From Chlamydiota bacterium (lineage in GTDB: Bacteria > Chlamydiota > Chlamydiia > Chlamydiales > SM23-39): a stretch of 13,534 nucleotides of DNA. Location of the stretch: contig JBCDEZ010000038.1 in assembly GCA_039179045.1 (NCBI GenBank), positions 1 through 13,534 on the forward strand. Direction: 5' to 3'. The notes under the pieces were generated by a model. It ran no database searches. It saw only the letters and a list, made by a program, of their open reading frames with translations, and was not told the DNA's origin. Below are positions 7,534 to 13,534 of the stretch, one piece after another. The position numbers and the translations under genes were made by a program. Positions within the stretch are counted from its first letter, which is position 1; every line of letters begins with the position of its first letter.

Positions 7534-8283
7534 ATGATCTGGAACCTTATCAAAAAACCGATTTTTCTCTTCTGTTTTTTTCTTGTTGCCTGCTCTTCTC
7601 CCTCTTCGAGTGCCTCGTCTGAGGAGTGGACAATTGGGTTGCAAAAGCATCTACTCGCCCTGCCTGCAGAAAAGCTCGTTTATCTGGAGGGATTTTTGTA
7701 CGACCTCTTCGCCCTTTTGGCGGAAAAGATGCAGATGCAGCTTCGCTTGGTAGAGGGGAACAAGCCCGAGCTACTTGCCGAGCTCGATCAAGGAGAGATG
7801 CAAGCTGTGGTCGCCTTCTCTCGATTCCACGCATCTCCAGACGAGGAATATGCCCTCTCGTCTCCCCTCATCGATTTAGGAACCTATCTTGTCTTGCGCG
7901 TATCGGGGCACGCCTTGCCCTCTAATTTTTCCGATCAGTTAGTCGGTTATGCGACGCAGCGGGATCGGAGGCTGCTTCTCGGAGCCTATCCGCAGGCGAT
8001 CTTGCGCTCTTACGATTCGTACCGCGCTCTTCTCCTCGCTCTTGTCGCGGGAGAGATTGATGCAGTAGCTGTGCAAAAAGTAGTCGCAAGCGGCTACATC
8101 AATGAGTTTTACCCAGGCGAGCTGCGGTTTCTCTCTTCCCCTTTAGAAGAAGACCCTCTTTGTCTTTTATTGGAGGAGAAAAGCGCGCAGAAGTTGCTAC
8201 CCAAGTTCAATGATGCGCTCTCCTCGATTTCTTCTTCGCAGTACGCGCATCTTGAGGAAAAGTGGGGTCTTACCCTCCGCTAA
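7534..8283 (+). CDS. Family-3 ABC solute-binding lipoprotein (FliY/GlnH/ArtJ-like), divergent
   Basis: Lipobox LVA|C followed by a Ser-rich linker; GFLYDLFALLAEKM, LLALVAGEIDAV and FNDALSSISSSQYAHLEEKWGL fit SBP family 3. ATG 7534 preferred because ATG 7522 lies within the predicted -10. A similar gene neighbours ferrochelatase in Chlamydia (from memory). Confidence 0.85.
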   Translation: MIWNLIKKPIFLFCFFLVACSSPSSSASSEEWTIGLQKHLLALPAEKLVYLEGFLYDLFALLAEKMQMQLRLVEGNKPELLAELDQGEMQAVVAFSRFHASPDEEYALSSPLIDLGTYLVLRVSGHALPSNFSDQLVGYATQRDRRLLLGAYPQAILRSYDSYRALLLALVAGEIDAVAVQKVVASGYINEFYPGELRFLSSPLEEDPLCLLLEEKSAQKLLPKFNDALSSISSSQYAHLEEKWGLTLR

Positions 8284-10771
8284 AAAAGGAAAACTCCTGG
8301 GAGAGTTCATGCAAGATCTCTTGATCTACAGGGCAAGGCGTGAGCTCCCAGATCTTCGCATAGTCGCGGATGCTTCTGTCTGAGCTAAAAGACCCCATGC
8401 CTGCGATGTTTTTGAGCGCATGCTTTGCCCATAACGGTCGATTTTGAAAGAGAGTCTCGACTCTTTGCTGCGCTTCATAGTAGGCGCGAAAATCCTTGAG
8501 TACGAAATAAGGGTCAGCAGGAGATGTCGCGTCTCCCTCGAGGAGAGAGTCGCGGATTGCAAGAGCGCACTCTCGCTCTTCTGGAACAGTCGTAAAAGAG
8601 CTACTGACAATCCAGTCGAGCGCCTGTTTGAGCAGAGGGTCTTGCTCGTAGATTTCTTTTGGATCGTAGCCTTCTCGCGCTTGTTTTGCCTCTTCTGCAC
8701 TCATGCCAAAGCAAAAAGGCCAATCTGCACCGCCTACCTCTTGGCGCATCTCTACGTTGGCGCCATCATCTGTTCCAATGGTGAGAGCGCCGTTCATCGC
8801 AAGCTTCATATTCCCTGTTCCCGAGGCCTCTTTCCCGGCAAGAGAGATCTGTTCAGAGAGATCGACACCTGGTAGGATCTGCATCGTTTTTGATACGTTG
8901 TAGTTTTCGAGAACAAGGAGTAAAAGAGCATCTTTCGTCTGCAGATCTTCACGCAGTTTGCGCGACACGAGAGAGGCAAAACGGAGGATGTCTTTAGCTT
9001 TTTTATAACCAGGAGCTGCCTTGCCTCCAATAAGAGCCATTCGAGCAATTCTCCCAGATGATGCACCTTCTTTGCGCTCTAAATAAAGAGCTACGAGATG
9101 CAAAATGTGCAGCAGCTGCCTTTTGTACTCATGGATCCTTTTGATCTGTACGGAGAAAAGAGCGTCGGGTCCGAGTAAGGGATGAGAGCTCGTTACGCTC
9201 CCGTAAGCATCGCGAAGCAACCCCTTTTTCTGGAGGAAAGAGAACATTTTTTCTTTGCCGCGCGCTTTGATTGCAAGGAACTCTTCTTGCAAAGAAGGAT
9301 CCTCTGCATGCTCTATGAGCTTGCGCACTTCAGCAAAGTCGTAGATCCAGCCATCTCCAATCCGCTGTGTTAGAAGGTGTGCGAGCTCAGGATTTGCTTC
9401 CAAAAGCCATTTTCTGTGGGATACTCCATTTGTGACATTGCAGAATTTCTCGGGATAAAGGGCTGCGAATTTCGGGAATAGGTCGTTGCGCACGATGTCT
9501 GAATGGAGCTGAGCTACTCCATTTACTCGGTGTGATCCGTGAAGAAGCAAGTGAGCCATCCTCACTCTACCTTTGTGTAGGATAGCAAGATCGGGCTCTT
9601 GATATTGCTTGTCTTTTGTGAGCGTATCATGCAAGCGCTTCACAAGAGCATACTGGCGCGGGAGGAGCTCTTCTACCTTCTCTTCATCCCACTCTTCGAG
9701 CGCTTCTTGCAAAATGGTATGGTTGGTGTAGCTCGTGACCGATCGGGTGATGGCTAGAGCCTCTTCGAGCGAGAGATCAGGAGCTTGCTCCATCAAAAGG
9801 CGCATCAGCTCAGGGATTACAAGACCTGGGTGTGTGTCGTTCACCTGAATCCGCACCTTATCTGCGAATGTTGCAACCGATCCTCCCCTAGAAAAATGCT
9901 TACGGAAGATATCTTGCAAAGAAGCGGATACTAGTAAGAACTCTTGCTTTAGCCGGATGCGCTTTCCCGCGAGGTGGTGATCGCTTGGGTAGAGCACGTC
10001 AGTCAAAGAGGTATTTTCTCCCGCTTGACCAAACTCGCCTGCATTGTAGCTTTGTAAAGCAAAGTTGCGCGGCGATTCTTTTGTGGACCAAAGACGCAGA
10101 GTGACCACAGAGAAATCATTCTCACGGCTTGGAAAGCCGATGATCGGATAGTCGTAGGCGATCGCGCGCACAGATGTTGCGCGCGTAGAGGATTTGCCTG
10201 AGCAAGAGCCTCCGCTATACTCGACGTAACGTGCGAGATCATCGCGTCGGAATTCCCAAGGGTTTTCCCGGAGTAGCCACCGGTCGGGGCGCTCTACTTG
10301 TACTCCGTCCCAAATTTCTTGGTCGAAGATCCCGTACTGGTAGCGCAGGCCGTAGCCGATCGCGGGCATCTGTAGAGCAGCAAGGGAGTCGAGGAAACAA
10401 GAGGCGAGTCTCCCTAAGCCCCCATTGCCTAGACCTGGATCTTTTTCCACATGCAAGACCTCTTGCAAGGTGAAAGGAGTCTGCTGCAAGACCTTGCCGA
10501 CAAGATTTTTGACTCCGATGTGTACTAAATTGTTGTTTGTAAACCCTCCAGGAAGATATTCCATCGATAGGTAAAATAAGATCCGCGGCTGGTGCTTTCT
10601 AATCGAGCTAGAACTTGCCACCCAGTGGATCATGATCTCTTCTTTGAGCGCTTTACAAAGGCTCTGGTAAACTTCTTCTACCGACGCGTACGGGAGGCGT
10701 TTGCCGTATTCGACCATCAGGTAGCGACGAAGTTTCCTGAAAAGGAGAGTCTCAGCAGGGTTGTCTTGCAT
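8270..10771 (-). CDS. glgP: Glycogen/maltodextrin phosphorylase (GT35)
   Basis: 833 aa with GLGNGGLGRLASCFLDS, NDTHP, YTNHT, KRIHEYKRQ, GGKAAPGY and the PLP-lysine motif EASGTGNMK. Confidence 0.97.
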   Translation of the reverse strand: MQDNPAETLLFRKLRRYLMVEYGKRLPYASVEEVYQSLCKALKEEIMIHWVASSSSIRKHQPRILFYLSMEYLPGGFTNNNLVHIGVKNLVGKVLQQTPFTLQEVLHVEKDPGLGNGGLGRLASCFLDSLAALQMPAIGYGLRYQYGIFDQEIWDGVQVERPDRWLLRENPWEFRRDDLARYVEYSGGSCSGKSSTRATSVRAIAYDYPIIGFPSRENDFSVVTLRLWSTKESPRNFALQSYNAGEFGQAGENTSLTDVLYPSDHHLAGKRIRLKQEFLLVSASLQDIFRKHFSRGGSVATFADKVRIQVNDTHPGLVIPELMRLLMEQAPDLSLEEALAITRSVTSYTNHTILQEALEEWDEEKVEELLPRQYALVKRLHDTLTKDKQYQEPDLAILHKGRVRMAHLLLHGSHRVNGVAQLHSDIVRNDLFPKFAALYPEKFCNVTNGVSHRKWLLEANPELAHLLTQRIGDGWIYDFAEVRKLIEHAEDPSLQEEFLAIKARGKEKMFSFLQKKGLLRDAYGSVTSSHPLLGPDALFSVQIKRIHEYKRQLLHILHLVALYLERKEGASSGRIARMALIGGKAAPGYKKAKDILRFASLVSRKLREDLQTKDALLLLVLENYNVSKTMQILPGVDLSEQISLAGKEASGTGNMKLAMNGALTIGTDDGANVEMRQEVGGADWPFCFGMSAEEAKQAREGYDPKEIYEQDPLLKQALDWIVSSSFTTVPEERECALAIRDSLLEGDATSPADPYFVLKDFRAYYEAQQRVETLFQNRPLWAKHALKNIAGMGSFSSDRSIRDYAKIWELTPCPVDQEILHELSQEFSFFSGG

Positions 10772-10786
10772 CTTTTTGTATATAGA

Positions 10787-12199
10787 TCAAACGTAGATCG
10801 CTTGCAAGAAATAGAACAGCAAAATGCTCAAGCAAGCGCAGAAAGGGAGGGTGACAATCCAAGAGAGGGCGATGTCGCGCAAGGTGCGTAGGTTGAGCGC
10901 CTGGAGGCCTCGTGCAAGTCCCACTCCCAGGACAGAGCCGACAAGCGAGTGAGTCGTTGAGATGGGGATGCCTAGCTTCGAAGCGAGAAGAATTGTGCAG
11001 GCAGCGCCAAATTCCGCAGAAAATCCACGGGTGGGAGTGAGTTCTGTGATCTTCCTGCCAATTGTCTCAATCACACGCCATCCCCAGGTTGCAAGACCCA
11101 CTACGATTCCTATTCCTCCCAAAAGAAGGATCCAGGTGGGAATCTCGGTTGTCTGCAAGATGCTATTGCTTTGGAGTGCTTGTACAACCGCCGCGACAGG
11201 GCCAATCGCATTGGCCACGTCATTGGCTCCGTGTGCGAAAGCGACGAGAGATGCGCTTACAATTTGCAAAAGCACGAAGATCTTTTCGACTGAGCGCAAA
11301 GGAGACATTGTTTCTTGGATGGTCGCGCTTTTTTCCACCTTTTCTGCTAGGTTCTCCACTTGCAATCTGATCCCAGCAGCTGTTTTTTGCACCTCTTCTT
11401 GCGAAGAGCCTTCCACTCTTCGTAGGTGTTTCAATGCTTTTTCCAAAGAGAGCACATCTTGAGGGTTCTGATAGGTAGTGGGAGGTGCGCTTAGTTCCAT
11501 ACGCCGGAAGATCAGCAAACTTCCAAAAGCAAAAAGAGCGCCTATTGCTGAGGAGAAGAGGAGGGCTTGTGGAAAGGGAATATCAAGATGAAGATTTTTT
11601 AGGCCATCGAATATGATCGCAAGGCTCAAAATCGTGAAGGCACAGAACACGAGAAAAGGAGCGATTTTTTTCGTAGCAAGCAGGGGATTGGGCTGGTAGA
11701 AAATTCTTCTTTGGATGAAACGAAAAATGCAGTAAGAGATGATGCCACTCATCAAAGGGGAGGTGATCCAGCTAAGTACAATTTTGACAATCTCGCCCCA
11801 GTAAACGGCTTGTACCCCTCCAATGATTCCCCCAAACCCGAGCAAAGCGCCGATGATTGCATGTGTGGTGGATACAGGCATTCCGAAATAAGAGGCCATC
11901 TGCAGCCAGAGTCCTGTTGCAAACAGCGAGGACATCATTCCCAGAACAAATACGATCGGTTCGCTCGCAAAAATATCGGGGTCGATGATGCCACTTTGGA
12001 TAGTCTCTGAAACATGGCTGCCTACCAAAAAGGCTCCTGAAAATTCGAGGACCGAGGCGAGTAGAACGGCTCTTTTCAAGGTGAGCGCTTTAGAGCCTAC
12101 TGAGGTTCCCATTGCATTGGCAACATCATTGGCTCCGATGTTCCATGCCATGTAAAATCCCACAATGATCGTGAGATACTTGAGGAAAACAAGCTCCAT
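10787..12199 (-). CDS. pit: Inorganic phosphate transporter, PiT/PHO4 family
   Basis: 470 aa; two GANDVANA signatures, PVSTTH and PISTTH motifs, many TM helices and a central hydrophilic loop. Confidence 0.96.
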   Translation of the reverse strand: MELVFLKYLTIIVGFYMAWNIGANDVANAMGTSVGSKALTLKRAVLLASVLEFSGAFLVGSHVSETIQSGIIDPDIFASEPIVFVLGMMSSLFATGLWLQMASYFGMPVSTTHAIIGALLGFGGIIGGVQAVYWGEIVKIVLSWITSPLMSGIISYCIFRFIQRRIFYQPNPLLATKKIAPFLVFCAFTILSLAIIFDGLKNLHLDIPFPQALLFSSAIGALFAFGSLLIFRRMELSAPPTTYQNPQDVLSLEKALKHLRRVEGSSQEEVQKTAAGIRLQVENLAEKVEKSATIQETMSPLRSVEKIFVLLQIVSASLVAFAHGANDVANAIGPVAAVVQALQSNSILQTTEIPTWILLLGGIGIVVGLATWGWRVIETIGRKITELTPTRGFSAEFGAACTILLASKLGIPISTTHSLVGSVLGVGLARGLQALNLRTLRDIALSWIVTLPFCACLSILLFYFLQAIYV

Positions 12200-12205
12200 G
12201 TTTGT

Positions 12206-12886
12206 CTATCTCAACTCCAAAGTCGTACGAATCCGGTTTGCTAGCTTTTCCGAAAGATTGGAGAGCATGGCAACTTCGTGCAATAGAGAGCGCCAAAGAG
12301 AAAAGCTTACATGTGAGAGAAGGTCCCCTTTACGAAAAAGCCGTTTTAAAAGAGCGTGTTGCATGAGATCTGCTTCGTGTTCTTGGTAGGCGATATTCTC
12401 GATCATTTTCCTCGTCTCCTCAGCAGCGATTCCACCAAATGAAGACTCCAACAGTTCTTGCAAATGTTGCACAACCTCGTGAACCAGACTAACAGAATCG
12501 ATGTTTTTTTCCCGAAATTTTTGGAAATCCTCCGCAAATTCGGTGTAAAGCTCGAGGGGCTTGTCATCGAGTGTGGTCAAAATTGCGATGTCTTCTGCCT
12601 GATCTGCGATCTTGTCTTGTAGGCTTAAGATCTCGAAAAAATTGGATCGATCCACAGGAAGAAACAGACTTTTAGGTAGTTGATGGCGTATGTCATTTTT
12701 CGTAAGATCTGCCTCATGCTCTAAGTGGGAGATCTCTTTTGCCAACTCGCTAGTCTTTTTGAGGTCTCCCTTGTCTAGAGCGGTGAATAAGGGGCGGAGC
12801 GCAGAGGCGCAGCGCGCAACTTTGTTCATATGTCTTTGTAAAGGGGCAAAAGGAGATTTGCCGAATAGTTTGGCGATTGTCATCAT
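12206..12886 (-). CDS. DUF47/TIGR00153 PhoU-like Pit accessory protein
   Basis: 226 aa with LFGKSPFAPLQRHM, two EHEAD repeats, LFLPVDRS and QDKIADQAED; immediately upstream of pit. Confidence 0.93.
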   Translation of the reverse strand: MMTIAKLFGKSPFAPLQRHMNKVARCASALRPLFTALDKGDLKKTSELAKEISHLEHEADLTKNDIRHQLPKSLFLPVDRSNFFEILSLQDKIADQAEDIAILTTLDDKPLELYTEFAEDFQKFREKNIDSVSLVHEVVQHLQELLESSFGGIAAEETRKMIENIAYQEHEADLMQHALLKRLFRKGDLLSHVSFSLWRSLLHEVAMLSNLSEKLANRIRTTLELR

Positions 12887-12894
12887 ATTCTTTG

Positions 12895-12900
12895 ATTATA
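12895..12900 (-). promoter_or_regulatory. Perfect -10 element for the DUF47-pit-glgP unit
   Basis: TATAAT 8 nt upstream of the DUF47 ATG; no canonical -35 and no SD. Confidence 0.5.
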
Positions 12901-13143
12901 GCGTCTCAAAGATTTTTAGAACAGAAAGCTCCAGCTTATGCGAGACGGTGCAAAAAGTGAACAGGTGGTATTTGGGAACATAGAGACCATATTTTTGAAA
13001 AGTAGTGGAATCTAGATACTGTTTCTATGCACCTTCATTATTCCGTAGTTCCTCCGGGCGTTAGGAAATGCCAATTTTTTCTTTGGAAATAGAATTTACG
13101 CACTCATTTCCCTCCTTTTCCCGTTCAAAGACCATTCCTTTGT

Positions 13144-13161
13144 GGTGTTGTTGAAAAAATC
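13144..13161 (+). repeat. IS left terminal inverted repeat (IRL)
   Basis: GGTGTTGTTGAAAAAATC, 16/18 identical to the reverse complement of 124-141. Confidence 0.85.
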
Positions 13162-13234
13162 TCTAGGAAAACCTTGATAAAAAGCCCATAAACAAGCGAG
13201 GCTCCTTATCTATAAAAAATCTAAGGAGCTTCTG

Positions 13235-13534
13235 CTGCAAAAATGCCATTGGAAAAGGGTGAACCGAGAATTGGTACAAAGAGGAAGTCTCACTTTTTTT
13301 ATAGACAAAGCCTGCTTATCTCAGCCAGCGAAGCGGAAGAAAATGCGAGGTAGGCCCAAGCTCTACCGCGCACCCTCTTATTCAACTCCTGCTCCTTCTT
13401 AACATCCAGTACCGACTCCCCTATCGTGCATGGGAAGGATTCTCCAAATCCTTACTTCCTTTCCTGAAGAAAGACATCCTATTGCCTACTGATTCGTTGA
13501 TCTCTAATCGAGCTCCCGAATGGGGAGGCCCGAG
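13235..13534 (+). pseudogene. IS5/IS903-group transposase pseudogene (N-terminal part)
   Basis: Frame A from 13235 reads (L)QKCHWKRVNRELVQRGSLTFFIDKACLSQPAKRKKMRGRPKLY. After one extra base near 13367, frame B reads AHPLIQLLLLLNIQYRLPYRAWEGFSKSLLPFLKKDILLPTDSLISNRA. Together they fit the W..YN..L.QRGSLT / GRP..Y / LP.R..EGF / P..S....R pattern of this family. Frame A stops at 13400-13402, and the expected start codon is CTG. Confidence 0.87.

Larger units (their letters stand above)
13144..13534 (+). mobile_element. Left end of a degenerate IS5-family (IS903-like) insertion sequence, truncated by the window edge
   Basis: Terminal repeat at 13144-13161, then SD TAAGGAG (13222-13228) and a frameshifted transposase N-terminus. 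Confidence 0.88.

Noticed and set aside
8270..12886. DUF47, pit and glgP (also sctJ/sctK and sctS/sctT) are in frame and separated by single stops, suggesting read-through or recoding
   Set aside because: The stops are TAG, TGA and TAA, each gene is full length with its own start, and in-frame junctions arise one time in three by chance.
12901..12947. Pho-box-like CTGTTCTAAAAATCTTTG and the CGTCTC/GAGACG inverted pair upstream of the phosphate operon
   Set aside because: The 11-bp periodicity and the spacing to the -10 do not fit a Pho box, and 6-bp arms 34 nt apart are not significant.
201..12983. The many 60-166 aa alternative-frame and antisense ORFs in the track (e.g. 201-548, 3264-3698, 4677-4913, 5395-5766, 10962-11462)
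   Set aside because: They overlap better-supported genes and show no recognisable motifs; they are typical shadow ORFs.
13243..13353. 36-aa ATG ORF MPLEKGEPRIG...
   Set aside because: It is an off-frame product inside the transposase pseudogene, and the SD is 14 nt away.
1..13534. CRISPR arrays, tRNA or rRNA genes, defence systems
   Set aside because: I saw no regularly spaced repeats, cloverleaf or rRNA signatures, or defence-type ORFs.

Overview
This window looks like chromosomal DNA from a member of the Chlamydiae, probably an environmental lineage outside the Chlamydiaceae (inferred from protein families and gene order). Almost all genes are on the minus strand. From right to left: a DUF47/TIGR00153 gene, a Pit phosphate transporter and glycogen phosphorylase (apparent operon); a lone plus-strand family-3 solute-binding lipoprotein; ferrochelatase hemH; a GT9 heptosyltransferase-like enzyme; an orphan 127-aa coiled-coil protein resembling a T3SS substrate; and the chlamydial type III secretion operon sctJ-sctK-sctL-sctR-sctS-sctT. 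The ORF track misses that both window ends are parts of IS5-family (IS903-like) insertion sequences in the same orientation. The left end holds a transposase C-terminus and right inverted repeat (1-141). The right end holds a left inverted repeat and a frameshifted transposase N-terminus (13144-end). The best leads are the IS-bracketed T3SS block, the candidate effector, the phosphate-uptake/phosphorylase operon, and a possible non-contiguous operon with leaderless transcripts around hemH and the binding-protein gene. I see no unambiguous wholly new system. All family assignments come from motif recognition, not database searches.
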